The notes beneath the pieces were generated by a model. That model saw nothing but the letters and a program-made list of their open reading frames with translations. It was not told where the DNA came from and searched no databases. Of a stretch of 64,000 nucleotides of DNA, positions 10,166-20,066 are shown one piece after another. Every line of letters begins with the position of its first letter. The first letter of the stretch is position 1. The stretch comes from Desulfobulbaceae bacterium (GTDB taxonomy: Bacteria > Desulfobacterota > Desulfobulbia > Desulfobulbales > SURF-16). The translations under genes were made by a program, and so were the position numbers. The DNA lies in NCBI GenBank assembly GCA_020444175.1, contig JAHLLM010000003.1, forward strand, positions 74,087 to 138,086. Reading direction: 5' to 3'.

Positions 10166-10589
10166 ATTCGGCCTCCTTTTTCAACGTCTGCATGCGCTCA
10201 CTATGACCAACCTGATTGAGCAGCACGGCCGAAACTCCCTGGCTATGGAAGAAAGTGGAGAATTTCTGCGGGTCAACTTCTGAATGATTAAAAGTAATGA
10301 TAATTCGTGATCCCTGCCCGTCAACGGCTACGTTACGGACACCCTCATACTGACGGAGCTGGGCAAGGCCGGCTTCAGACAATGAGGACTCCACCGGCAA
10401 TTTATAAATAACATCCTTAAGGTGACGCATTTGAAAAAAAGCAATGGACCTTGGAATGATAACCACGGATAGTCCAAAGACAATTGCAAGGGAGACAAAT
10501 GCCGCCAGGGCACCAAAACTAATGGAACGCTTTTTCACGCCCAGCACTTTTTCTCTTTTATCCCTGTATTTTTCAAAATCATAGGCCAT
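10152..10589 (-). CDS. Single-pass membrane protein of unknown function (operon partner of the FtsX/ABC pair)
   Basis: ORF trimmed to MAYDFEKY. One TM (FGALAAFVSLAIVFGLSVVII). Its stop overlaps the permease start by 14 nt. Confidence 0.5.
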   Translation of the reverse strand: MAYDFEKYRDKREKVLGVKKRSISFGALAAFVSLAIVFGLSVVIIPRSIAFFQMRHLKDVIYKLPVESSLSEAGLAQLRQYEGVRNVAVDGQGSRIIITFNHSEVDPQKFSTFFHSQGVSAVLLNQVGHSERMQTLKKEAEFEAL

Positions 10590-10680
10590 GTCTGCACCAT
10601 ATATTAAATTTGAGTGAGGGGTGAGGTGCGAAGAGAGAAGAATGAGCAACTTAGACTCTCACTCATCGTTTGACGACCTC

Positions 10681-11169
10681 CTACCTCTTATACTTGCAAT
10701 ACCAGCTGTTCTTGTTGATATCCGCCATGGCAATAACAAGTTTGTCTCCCTTGACAGTTCTTTCAAGGGGAGCGGGATTACAGCCACCGCGAATGACATT
10801 TATTTTGGTTGAATGAAATTTCTGACCACAGTTCAGGCAGACCATGAAATCTCCATCCTGCAGGTAGCCTTTACCTGCCTTGTAACAGACGTCACAGGCA
10901 TCAATGGCTGCTCTGATGACCCTGTCCCTGCTCATGAGGGTAAAAAATGTGACCAGGGTTCCATCACCTGCTTTCACATTAAAATGATGGGCTTTACCGT
11001 CAGTAATATTTGCCAGAGGTATTTCAAGCTGCCCGTTTACCGGGGTGATACTTTCGGTTTTCGGTCCCCAGAACATCAATTTATCCCCAAAAAAAGATGC
11101 CATGCCGCTTCCGGCAAATAATGCCAATCCCAAAACGACTGAAAGTATACCAAATCCTATTCGTTTCAC
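10681..11169 (-). CDS. DUF2318-like secreted/membrane Cys-rich protein (putative metal-binding)
   Basis: Signal/TM segment plus CDVCYKAGKGY...MVCLNCGQKF...GGCNP, the Cys pattern I associate with DUF2318 proteins. These are encoded next to FtsX-type ABC systems in iron-uptake loci. Confidence 0.6.
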   Translation of the reverse strand: MKRIGFGILSVVLGLALFAGSGMASFFGDKLMFWGPKTESITPVNGQLEIPLANITDGKAHHFNVKAGDGTLVTFFTLMSRDRVIRAAIDACDVCYKAGKGYLQDGDFMVCLNCGQKFHSTKINVIRGGCNPAPLERTVKGDKLVIAMADINKNSWYCKYKR

Positions 11170-11417
11170 TTTTGCCCTCCTTTGTTGAGGTTTTGTCCTT
11201 TTGTATTTTTGGTGCTGAAAATTTTTCTAAAAAGCTCCTTCCAGGAAGAGGCTGTCGCTCCGCATTGACTGGTCTCACAACCGATGCAGGCAAAATCCTT
11301 GTCACCTTCAGGATCTTTTTTCCCAGCATCGTCGGCAACAACGAGCTGAATATGCATAAAAAAAACAATAATTACACAACTGATCGGGATTAAAACTCTT
11401 CGTTGCTTGCGATTCAT
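11166..11417 (-). CDS. Small exported Cys-containing protein (83 aa)
   Basis: Start set at MNRKQRR, which has a GGAGG/GAGAGG SD. TM/signal segment, then ACIGCETSQCG. Its stop overlaps the DUF2318 start by 4 nt. Confidence 0.5.
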   Translation of the reverse strand: MNRKQRRVLIPISCVIIVFFMHIQLVVADDAGKKDPEGDKDFACIGCETSQCGATASSWKELFRKIFSTKNTKGQNLNKGGQK

Positions 11418-11473
11418 CCTCTCGCCTCCACACACATGAGAAAGCACCAACATTTTTATTTGATTACTTAACT

Positions 11474-11490
11474 TAGCAACCAGCGTGCCA
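11474..11490 (-). promoter_or_regulatory. Sigma-54 (-24/-12) promoter for the minus-strand small-Cys/DUF2318/FtsX-ABC operon
   Basis: The minus strand reads TGGCACGCTGGTTGCTA, a GG-N10-GC match to TGGCACG-N4-TTGCW. The -12 GC is ~59 nt upstream of the ATG at 11417. Confidence 0.7.
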
Positions 11491-12021
11491 TGAGCAGGGT
11501 AGCGCCCTCAACCTGCTGGAATGATATTCATTTTATAAAATTTTTCTTTTGGAAAATGCCTCAAAAGAGGTGTGGATTAGCGAATATTCTGCAAGCCATT
11601 AAAGATTATTCTTCAAATGTAATGATGAAGCTTTCCAGGATTTTTAGCAGCAGACAGCACTTGAAACACCTAAAAAGGCGAAAGGAGAGATGTAGATTTC
11701 ACAGAAGCATTCGGAGTGAACGCAACGCCCCAGTCGGCCAGGATAAGGAAAAACGGCAATACGAAGAGTTGTTCCCCCACAGATAGATTGCGGCGAAGTT
11801 CCATTCTGCCTCGGATGGGGAGGAGGGAGCTTCGCAGCTTGTGAATCGTTTAAGGAGAGACTTCCTGGTCAGCAAAGGCCCGTTTCATGTTAGCGACGAT
11901 CAACCAGAAGGAAATATTTCACAATCAGGCATGATATCAGGCCACTCCATCTCAACGCATTAACCCATGACCATGTCCTTATTTATCATAAACCAAGACT
12001 CTCACAATCCTGACAAACAGA

Positions 12022-12037
12022 TCAAATTGCAATTTGA
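12022..12037. promoter_or_regulatory. Perfect 16-bp palindrome, candidate operator
   Basis: TCAAATTGCAATTTGA equals its own reverse complement. It lies ~208 nt upstream of the 12245 start, in a ~790-bp divergent non-coding region. Confidence 0.35.
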
Positions 12038-12244
12038 CTTTTACTTACCCACAGCGCATAATCGATAAACAAGACATCCAGTACACGAAAAAAACAACCT
12101 CAGAAGAACAGAGTTGACAGCGGTCTCAGTGAAGAAGCTGGATTGAAGGCCTGTTTCGTGCTTTGACGGAATCATTTTACCAAATGACAAAGAAAAGGGA
12201 TTCTGCTTTTGGCACCTACGAGAGTCCCGCAAAGGAGGAATGAG

Positions 12245-13312
12245 ATGGACCCAGCTACCTTGATACCGGTTCCTGATGCTTTACCTGTCCACTGGTTTTG
12301 GTTCCAGTTACTGCTCACGGTGACGACGTTTCTCCACCTTGTCGCCATGAATATTGTGCTTGGTTCCAGCGGGCTGGCCTTTATTTCAACTTTCTCAACC
12401 GACTCAAACTCCTTGAATCTCGGCAAGGAAATCGGGCACAAACTGCCGTTCGTGCTGGCCTTTACCATTAACTTCGGTGTCGCCCCCCTTCTCTTTCTGC
12501 AAACCCTTTACGGTCAGTTCTTTTATACAAGCACCGTGCTCATGGCCTCCCTTTGGCTGTCAATTATAGGGATGCTTATTGTGACTTACTATGCTGCCTA
12601 TATTTTTCATCTCCGCTTTGACTCCCTTGCCCGTTTCCGCGCATTTTTTATCGGTCTTGCAGTTGTGCTCCTCCTTATTATCTCCTTTTTCTTTACAAAC
12701 AATATCAGCTTGATGCAGATGCCCTCGAGCTGGACGAGTTATTTTTCCAGTCCCAACGGCTGGCTTGTCAACTGGGGCGACATAACCCTTTTGCCTCGCT
12801 ACCTGCACTTTATCGTCTCCGGTTTTGCCGTGGGCAGTCTTGCCGTTGCCCTGTTATATGAGTTCAAAAAACGAAGGGGCGATGTGGCGGCCGATGCCTG
12901 GATCAAGCTCGGCTGCAAATGGTTCACTATCGGCACGGTTATAAATTTCGGCATTGGCTTCTGGTTTCTCGGCACCCTGCCCGGTTTTGCCCACGACGTA
13001 ACAACATCAGCGGGCAAACTCTTTACCATAGTGCTTTACGGTTCAGTGGCTGCCGGAGCCGTATCCGTTATCAAGGCCATGAGCAACAGGGTTGTCCCCG
13101 CGGCAATCTGGACCATGGCAACTGTATTTCTTATGGTCATAGCCCGCGACATGGTGCGGATATCCTATCTGCACCCATACCTCTCCCTGCCTGAACTTCC
13201 AGTAAAAACACAGTACTCGCCCTTTATTCTGTTTCTGATTTTCTTTGCAGGAATTGGCGCTCTTGTCTGGTGGATGCTGAAAACTGCCTGGTGTGCAAAG
13301 GAGGTGCAATAA
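12245..13312 (+). CDS. Polytopic membrane protein, likely partner subunit of the downstream CydA-like protein
   Basis: Start set at MDPATL, with AGGAGG 6 nt upstream. About 9-10 hydrophobic helices. Its stop overlaps the next start by 1 nt (TAATG). Confidence 0.55.
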   Translation: MDPATLIPVPDALPVHWFWFQLLLTVTTFLHLVAMNIVLGSSGLAFISTFSTDSNSLNLGKEIGHKLPFVLAFTINFGVAPLLFLQTLYGQFFYTSTVLMASLWLSIIGMLIVTYYAAYIFHLRFDSLARFRAFFIGLAVVLLLIISFFFTNNISLMQMPSSWTSYFSSPNGWLVNWGDITLLPRYLHFIVSGFAVGSLAVALLYEFKKRRGDVAADAWIKLGCKWFTIGTVINFGIGFWFLGTLPGFAHDVTTSAGKLFTIVLYGSVAAGAVSVIKAMSNRVVPAAIWTMATVFLMVIARDMVRISYLHPYLSLPELPVKTQYSPFILFLIFFAGIGALVWWMLKTAWCAKEVQ

Positions 13313-14604
13313 TGAATTATCCTGTCTGGCATCTTGATTTTGCAGGGGGAGGCCTGCCCATCGCCATCATGGCCATTATCCATGTTTACATCGCCCACTT
13401 TGCCGTGGGTGGCGGACTTTTTCTCGTACTCACCGAACACAAGGGACTCCGGGACAAGAGCCCAGCAATCCTTGATTATGTCAAAAAACACACCAAGTTT
13501 TTCCTCTTGCTGACCATGGTGCTTGGCAGCCTGACCGGAGTCGGCATCTGGTTCACCATCTCGGTCCTGAACCCGGCTGCAACTTCAGTCATGATCCACA
13601 CCTTTGTCTTTGCCTGGGGAGTTGAGTGGCTCTTTTTTGTGGCGGAAATTGTCTCGCTTTTTATCTACTATTACACCTTTGACAAACTCGATTCCCGCAC
13701 CCATCTCATGATTGGCTGGATTTATTTCGGAGCAGCCTGGATGTCGCTTTTTGTGATTAACGGCATTATCGACTTCATGCTGACTCCAGGGAACTGGACA
13801 GCAAACAGCAGTTTCTGGAGCGCTTTTTTTAATCCGACATTCTGGCCTGCCCTCTTTTTCCGCACCTTCCTGGCTATTATGATTGCCGGACTCTTCGGCT
13901 TTGTAACGGCCTCAGCCTTAAAAGATGAAAAACTGCGAATCTCCATGCAACGCTTTTCTGCCAGCTGGCTGCTTGTCCCCTTTATCCTCTTTATCGGCTC
14001 AGCCTGGTGGTACCGCGCCGCTCTGCCTCCACATGTTGAAGAACTCATTTTCCAGAGAATGCCGGCCATGAAGCCTTTTATTTCCTCTTTTGTTGTTTTT
14101 TCCCCGCTTCTCATCCTGGGTGGCCTCCTCATGGCCATCAAAATACCGTCAGGCGTCAGCCGGTCACTTGCCGGACTCATGCTTGTTATCGGATTGTTGT
14201 ATATGGGTACTTTCGAGTTCATCCGCGAAGGAGGCAGGAGGCCATACATTATTTATGATCATATGTATTCCACTGCCATGTTCAAGGATGATGTTGCCAA
14301 AGCCCGGACAAATGGCATTCTTGAGAGCGCAAAATGGGTTGATCGCAAAGCCCTTGCAACTGCAGACACCAGCCGCAGGGGCCAGGAGGTATTCCGCCTG
14401 CTCTGTGTGTCCTGCCACTCCATTGACGGTCCTTTAAATGATATAAAAAAGATTGCCGCCAATCTGACCCGCGCCGACCTGGAGCTGGCAACAACCTTAA
14501 TGGGCAAACAGCTTGCCTTTATGCCGCCTTTTGCCGGCAGCCAGGCGGAAAAAGATGATGTTCTTTATTATATCCACAGGACATTGCTGAACAAGCCGGA
14601 ATAA
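13312..14604 (+). CDS. Cytochrome bd superfamily (CydA-like) membrane protein fused to a C-terminal mono-haem cytochrome c domain
   Basis: By eye the N-terminal 170 aa aligns to E. coli CydA helices 1-4: HVYIAHFAVGGG vs YHFLFVPLTLG, KFFLLLTMVLGSLTGVG vs KLFGINFALGVATGL, EWLFFVAEIVSLF vs EGLMAFFLESTFV. The C-terminus carries CVSCH (CxxCH). AAGGAGG RBS upstream. Confidence 0.65.
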   Translation: MNYPVWHLDFAGGGLPIAIMAIIHVYIAHFAVGGGLFLVLTEHKGLRDKSPAILDYVKKHTKFFLLLTMVLGSLTGVGIWFTISVLNPAATSVMIHTFVFAWGVEWLFFVAEIVSLFIYYYTFDKLDSRTHLMIGWIYFGAAWMSLFVINGIIDFMLTPGNWTANSSFWSAFFNPTFWPALFFRTFLAIMIAGLFGFVTASALKDEKLRISMQRFSASWLLVPFILFIGSAWWYRAALPPHVEELIFQRMPAMKPFISSFVVFSPLLILGGLLMAIKIPSGVSRSLAGLMLVIGLLYMGTFEFIREGGRRPYIIYDHMYSTAMFKDDVAKARTNGILESAKWVDRKALATADTSRRGQEVFRLLCVSCHSIDGPLNDIKKIAANLTRADLELATTLMGKQLAFMPPFAGSQAEKDDVLYYIHRTLLNKPE

Positions 14605-14641
14605 TTCCTCTGCAGGCAGTAAAAGAGATAGTGGAAAATAT

Positions 14642-14690
14642 CGGATTGGTCGGTGCTCATGAATGTCCGACCAATCCGGATTTTGCATTT
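14642..14690 (+). terminator. Rho-independent terminator after the CydA-like operon
   Basis: Perfect 12-bp stem cggattggtcgg/ccgaccaatccg with a 13-nt loop, followed by gattttgcattt. Confidence 0.6.
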
Positions 14691-14882
14691 CCACAACAAG
14701 ACGGCTTTTTAAATCCATACTTGTCGCAATCTCCCTTTTTTTTATATATCTCCATTCCAAGGGACCTTGGATTTATTTGCTATTTGAGGCTATGAACATC
14801 ATGAAACCACTTTCTCTCCAGCTCCCTGTCCTCAGCTTTCAAAAAAACGCATTCCTTACTTTATTTTTGCTATACTAGCATC

Positions 14883-17306
14883 ATGCATGTGTATTTACGG
14901 CTCATAATTATCTTTTTCATTCCCCTGTTTGCCTTTCCTGTTTTTGCCGCTCCAAAAGGGATTCATCCCCTAATCAAAGTCGCTGTTTTCCCTCTGGAAC
15001 CTCTTAATTTTACTGATCAGAACGGGGAAGCAAAAGGACTCAATCCTGATATCATCCGCGAGATAGCGCGAGAAGAAGAATGGACTGTTGAATTTGTTCC
15101 CGGCAGCTGGGCAGAAGGACTCAGCCGTCTGCAGAGTGAAGAAATCGACCTCATGACCACCATTGCCTACTCCCCGGAACGGGCAGAGAAGATGGACTTC
15201 AGCCATGAACCAGTGACCGACATCTGGGGGCAGATTTTCACCCAGCCCGGTAAAAACATCAATACCATTCTTGATCTGAACGGGCGCCATGTCGCCATTA
15301 TGAGTCAAGATATCAATGGTCAAAACTTTATTAAAACAGCAGAAAAATTCGGCGTTGTCTGCAAAACCATCGAATTTCCCACCCATAATGCTATCTTTGA
15401 GGCCATTAAGGATGGAAAAGTCATCGCCGGTGTTGCCCCCCAGCATTTCGGACTGCGTCATGCAGCAGATTATAATCTGGTGGCAACTTCTATTCAGTTT
15501 TCTCCATTTTCAATCTACTTTGCCACCAAAAAGGGCAAAGGCCATGATATTCTCGAACACATCGACTCCCATCTTTCCAGATGGAAACAGGACAGGAATT
15601 CGTTTTATTATAAACGGCTTTCTTACTGGATGGGAGGCAAGGAATTTGAAAAACAGATTATCCCAACCTGGCTTTTAATTACATTTAGTCTCGCGCTCGC
15701 ACTCACGGCTCTGCTGTTTTTTATCAACAGAGCCCTCAATATCAAGGTACATAATCGAACAAAAGAAATTCTTTTACGGGAAAAGCAATACAGGGACCTG
15801 GTTGAGAGCGCCAACACTATTATCCTCCGATGGGACAGGGAGTGTCGTGTTCTTTTCATGAACAAATTCGGCCTGGATCTTTTTGGCTATTCGTTTGAAG
15901 AAGTCATCGGGCATCATGTCACCCACACGATCGTTCCTGCCCAAGAGTCCACTGGTAAAAGCCTCAAATTCATGATGGACGACATCTTGAAAAATCCAGA
16001 AAAATACATCCTGAACGAGAATGAGAATATCTGTAAAGACGGACGGCGTGTTTTTATCCAGTGGAGCAACAGGGTTATATATGATGATGATGGAAATTTT
16101 CAGGAAATGCTGAGTGTGGGCACGGACATAACTGACAGAAAAAGGCTTGAAACAGAACTTTTCCAGGCCCAGAAAATGGAGTCAATGGGAACACTTGCCG
16201 GGGGTGTTGCCCATGATTTTAACAATATTCTCTCGATTATCTTTGGTTATGTGGAACTCTCAAAAATCCAGAAAGAAGACCCGGACAAAGTTGCAGAAAA
16301 TCTGGAGGAAATCCTTCGGGCTGCGCAAAGAGCCCAGGCGCTGGTAAGGCAAATCCTTACTTTCAGTCGAAAAAGCGATTCAGCGAAACAGATCCTGCAG
16401 GTCTCTATTCTTGTCAAAGAAGTGCTCAAGATGCTCCACTCAACCCTGCCGGTAACCATAGAAATAAAACAAGATATTGCCTCTCACAGCACAGTCTTCG
16501 GTGATCCTACCCAGATTCACCAAGTGATCATGAATCTTTGCACCAACGCCTACCATGCCATGGAGGAAACAGGTGGCACGCTGACTGTTTCATTAAAGGA
16601 CGTTGTGATTCAGAAAGGCGATATTTCGTCCTCAGAAATAAGCATGCTTCAAGGGGAGTACATTAAGATTACAATACAGGATACAGGTTCTGGAATTAAT
16701 CCCAAAGACATACAAAAGATTTTTGAACCTTATTTCACCACCAAAGAACTCGGAAAGGGAACCGGAATGGGCCTTGCCGTGGTTCATGGTATCGTCCGCG
16801 CACATAACGGCCAAATCAAAATTGATTCTATCCCTGGAGAAGGCACAGCTTTCCATGTTTTTTTACCAATCGACAGAAATGAAGATCACTCACCCAATTC
16901 CCAAATAATAAAAAAAGAAGTCAGGGGCAACAATGAGAAGATACTTCTTGTCGATGACGAAGCCAAAATTGCCGAATCCCAGGCAAAGGTTCTGCAAGAA
17001 TACGGTTATAAAGTAGAGGTTTTTACTGATTCGACAGAAGCCCTCAAAAGGTTTAAAGAAAATCCTGACCAGTATGATATTCTTATCACCGACATGACAA
17101 TGCCCGGACTTACAGGCGTCCAGCTTTCCCAAGAAATTTTCTTACTCAAACCGGGATTTCCGATAATCATGTGGAGCGGCTTCAACAAACTCATGAACAA
17201 GGAAAAAGCAATGGAGCTCGGCATTTCGGAATATCTTCACAAACCTGTTTTAAAAGAGACACTCCTCGGCGCAGTGAGTAAGGTTCTTGTTCAAAAGACA
17301 CAATGA
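14883..17306 (+). CDS. Hybrid sensor histidine kinase with periplasmic solute-binding (SBP_bac_3-like) domain, PAS, HisKA, HATPase_c, REC
   Basis: Signal peptide plus ~230-aa periplasmic domain resembling amino-acid-binding proteins, TM, PAS, H-box [19 protein letters not shown]-terminal REC (LVDDE...TDMTMP). Confidence 0.9.
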   Translation: MHVYLRLIIIFFIPLFAFPVFAAPKGIHPLIKVAVFPLEPLNFTDQNGEAKGLNPDIIREIAREEEWTVEFVPGSWAEGLSRLQSEEIDLMTTIAYSPERAEKMDFSHEPVTDIWGQIFTQPGKNINTILDLNGRHVAIMSQDINGQNFIKTAEKFGVVCKTIEFPTHNAIFEAIKDGKVIAGVAPQHFGLRHAADYNLVATSIQFSPFSIYFATKKGKGHDILEHIDSHLSRWKQDRNSFYYKRLSYWMGGKEFEKQIIPTWLLITFSLALALTALLFFINRALNIKVHNRTKEILLREKQYRDLVESANTIILRWDRECRVLFMNKFGLDLFGYSFEEVIGHHVTHTIVPAQESTGKSLKFMMDDILKNPEKYILNENENICKDGRRVFIQWSNRVIYDDDGNFQEMLSVGTDITDRKRLETELFQAQKMESMGTLAGGVAHDFNNILSIIFGYVELSKIQKEDPDKVAENLEEILRAAQRAQALVRQILTFSRKSDSAKQILQVSILVKEVLKMLHSTLPVTIEIKQDIASHSTVFGDPTQIHQVIMNLCTNAYHAMEETGGTLTVSLKDVVIQKGDISSSEISMLQGEYIKITIQDTGSGINPKDIQKIFEPYFTTKELGKGTGMGLAVVHGIVRAHNGQIKIDSIPGEGTAFHVFLPIDRNEDHSPNSQIIKKEVRGNNEKILLVDDEAKIAESQAKVLQEYGYKVEVFTDSTEALKRFKENPDQYDILITDMTMPGLTGVQLSQEIFLLKPGFPIIMWSGFNKLMNKEKAMELGISEYLHKPVLKETLLGAVSKVLVQKTQ

Positions 17307-17313
17307 TTTCTCA

Positions 17314-18663
17314 TCAAATTCCGAATTTCTCCAGCCTGTAGATGAGCACATGCCGGGGAATTTTCAGAAGCCTGGCTGCTTCCGAACGGTTGCCCTGGGA
17401 CATGGTCAATGCCTTCTGGATGAGTCCTTTTTCGACCTCTTCCAGAGAAAGCCCCTCCGGCGGGATGTCCGGTATGCCGTTTCCCGAGGCTGAAGGTCCC
17501 ACCGCCGTTCCACCTATCTGCAGTTCATCTGCCTCAATGACTTTTCCCTTGCGCAGAATAACGGAGCGCTCGACGATGTTCTGCAATTCCCGGATATTGC
17601 CCGGCCATGAATACGCTGACAGACGGGCCAGGGCGGCCTCGGAAAACCTGACGCCTGACGGAGCCTTCACTTTTTTCAAAAAATGCTCCACCAGACCGGG
17701 GATATCTTCCCGGCGTTCCCGAAGCGGCGGAAGATGGAGGGCTATGACACAGAGTCGATAATACAGGTCTTCACGGAACAGACTCTGGCTAATTAATTCC
17801 TGAAGATTTTTGTTGGTGGCGGCAATAAGCCGGACATCTATTTTTTCCGACCGGTCTGCGCCCACGGGTTCAACTTCCATCTCCTGGATCGTGCGAAGCA
17901 ATTTGGCCTGCATTTCCACTCGCAATTCCCCGATCTCATCCAGAAAAATGGTGCCGCCGGAGGCAACCTGGAATCGCCCCTTGCGGTTACTGACAGCTCC
18001 TGTAAAGGCTCCCTTGACATGCCCGAAAAGTTCACTTTCAATCAAATTTTCAGGAATTGCAGCGCAGTTAACGGCAACCATGGGGCCGGATTTTCGCGGA
18101 CTATGAAGATGAATAAGACGGGCCAGCACTTCCTTGCCTGTTCCCGATTCGCCGGTTATGAGAACCGTTGCCTCGCTGTTCGCTGCCCGCAATGCTGTAT
18201 CCAGCAGTTCAGCCATGGCAGAATTGGCCGTCTCCATACCCTCGGTGCCGGTAAGCCTGTTCACCTCGCTGGTTAACTGCTGGTGCTGTTCGCTGAGGGC
18301 TTTCACATCAAGGGCTTTCTGGCAGGCGATACGCAGAGATTCACGATCAAAGGGCTTGGGCAGGAAGGTAAAAGCCCCTTGCTGCATGGCCTTAACGGCA
18401 AGCTCTATTGAACCGAACGCCGTGATGATAATGACCGCGGTTTCCGGCGCCGCCTCCTTGATGGCAGCCAGAATTTCGAGCCCGTTCATATCCCCGAGCT
18501 GGACATCGGTAATGACAAGATCGGGATGTATTTTCTGAAACAATTCCAGCCCATCACGCCCGCAAGAGGCTGTTGTGACCTGAAAGCCCGCACTGGTCAG
18601 ATTATATTCCGTTACCCGCAGTAAACTTGCATCGTCATCTATCAATAAAAGTCGCGACTGCAT
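17314..18663 (-). CDS. Sigma-54-dependent response regulator (NtrC/AtoC-like)
   Basis: REC (LLIDDD...TDVQLGDM), GESGTGKE, GAFTGA, C-terminal HTH (NRSEAARLLKIPRHVLIYRL). Confidence 0.9.
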   Translation of the reverse strand: MQSRLLLIDDDASLLRVTEYNLTSAGFQVTTASCGRDGLELFQKIHPDLVITDVQLGDMNGLEILAAIKEAAPETAVIIITAFGSIELAVKAMQQGAFTFLPKPFDRESLRIACQKALDVKALSEQHQQLTSEVNRLTGTEGMETANSAMAELLDTALRAANSEATVLITGESGTGKEVLARLIHLHSPRKSGPMVAVNCAAIPENLIESELFGHVKGAFTGAVSNRKGRFQVASGGTIFLDEIGELRVEMQAKLLRTIQEMEVEPVGADRSEKIDVRLIAATNKNLQELISQSLFREDLYYRLCVIALHLPPLRERREDIPGLVEHFLKKVKAPSGVRFSEAALARLSAYSWPGNIRELQNIVERSVILRKGKVIEADELQIGGTAVGPSASGNGIPDIPPEGLSLEEVEKGLIQKALTMSQGNRSEAARLLKIPRHVLIYRLEKFGI

Positions 18664-18838
18664 TATTTTTTGCTCTCTCCCAGGTAGAAGGTGAAAAGTT
18701 GATGAACTCGCAAAAAGTCCGGAAGCTGATCATCCGCCAACCCAATATCAACAAGTTACACACGTTCCGGCGGTTGAGAGGATTTTCACGAAACCGTCAA
18801 AAGTTGATAAAGGGACATAAATGCGAGACCGGCAAGCG

Positions 18839-19942
18839 TTACGAATTTAAAATTGACTGATGCGGGAGAAAAACACGAAAACAGGCTCCTCCTCCCGGAT
18901 TGTCAAACACTGAGATTTCACCACCATAACTTTCTATTATTTTCCTGCTGATTAGGAGTCCCAGACCTGTTCCCTCCTCCTTGCCGGTGAAAAACGGTTC
19001 AAAAATCTTTTCCTTGTTCTCATCCGTCACACCCGGTCCATTATCACAGACATTGAGGCTGCACCCCTCATCAGAGGGCTCGATGAACACCTTTATTGTG
19101 CCATTTTCCGGAACAGAATCAAGCGCATTCAGCATAAGATTGAGAAGGACCTGGGACATGCCGCTTTGCACCTCGTGGTTACACACCGTATCAACATCAG
19201 GGAGGATTAATGTAACTTTTTTCTGCTGCACCTGCCTCTCAACAAGAGCACTGACGTGGGCGATTATTTCTGCAAAAGGCTCCCGTTCCTCTTTTTTTTC
19301 CGCAACGCCTTTTTGCCGGGAAAAACGAAGGACTTCTTCCACGGTGTTGTTTAAGCGATTCGTCTCCTTTAAGAGGATATCGGTAAATTCCCTTTTCGGA
19401 TGCCCTTCGGGAAATTCATCCAGAAGTATTTCCGCCGTTCCCCTAATCGAGCTGAGTGGATTCTTGATTTCATGGGCAAGGGAGGCGGAAAGTTTGCCAA
19501 GTGCGGAGAGCTTTTGGGCAACAGCCAGTTGTTTTTCCGCCTCAATGAGCTGTTCTGTCTCATCATGCAACCGGGCATATGACTTCTGCAATTTCTCAGA
19601 AAGCTGCCTGTATTTATCCCGTAGACGCGTCTCACGCCCGGCGATGACGCCAGTCACAAGACCTGCGGCAATATAGAGGACAATCTCCGTCATTTCACTG
19701 ATATATGCCCCAGGGCCATGACTGATAAAAAGGAGGACATGGGGAATAAAGGCAATTGACGACAGCAAAGCCAAGGTCAAGCCTCCCCGCACCCCGAACC
19801 AGATGGCGCCGAGTACGATGGGGAAATAACTGAGCCTGCGATAGGTATTATGAAAAAAAATGTATTCCCCTGGGGTGAAAAAATGCAACAGGCCAATAAC
19901 TATGACCACAACAATGAGTGACACAAAAAGCGTTTTGCGCAT
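18839..19942 (-). CDS. Membrane sensor histidine kinase (4-5 TM N-terminal sensor, HisKA, HATPase_c)
   Basis: H-box SASLAHEIKNPLSSI, N-box LLNLMLNALDS, G-boxes DNGPGV and GTGLGLL. Lies upstream of, and co-oriented with, the 17314-18663 regulator. Confidence 0.85.
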   Translation of the reverse strand: MRKTLFVSLIVVVIVIGLLHFFTPGEYIFFHNTYRRLSYFPIVLGAIWFGVRGGLTLALLSSIAFIPHVLLFISHGPGAYISEMTEIVLYIAAGLVTGVIAGRETRLRDKYRQLSEKLQKSYARLHDETEQLIEAEKQLAVAQKLSALGKLSASLAHEIKNPLSSIRGTAEILLDEFPEGHPKREFTDILLKETNRLNNTVEEVLRFSRQKGVAEKKEEREPFAEIIAHVSALVERQVQQKKVTLILPDVDTVCNHEVQSGMSQVLLNLMLNALDSVPENGTIKVFIEPSDEGCSLNVCDNGPGVTDENKEKIFEPFFTGKEEGTGLGLLISRKIIESYGGEISVFDNPGGGACFRVFLPHQSILNS

Positions 19943-20066
19943 ATCTCACCTTAGAAGAATTCCTTTGTTCATACCACATTCTCTCGTTATTCAAGCAAGA
20001 TTTATCCGTAATGGAATAAAGAGGTGATGAGCAAAGGGACGTACCTTCACTCCTCCCTCACCTATC

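Noticed and set aside
11490-11786. 98-aa ORF in the long divergent intergenic region
   Set aside because: It is Lys/Arg-rich with low complexity, has no RBS, and its start overlaps the sigma-54 promoter on the opposite strand. It is probably non-coding.
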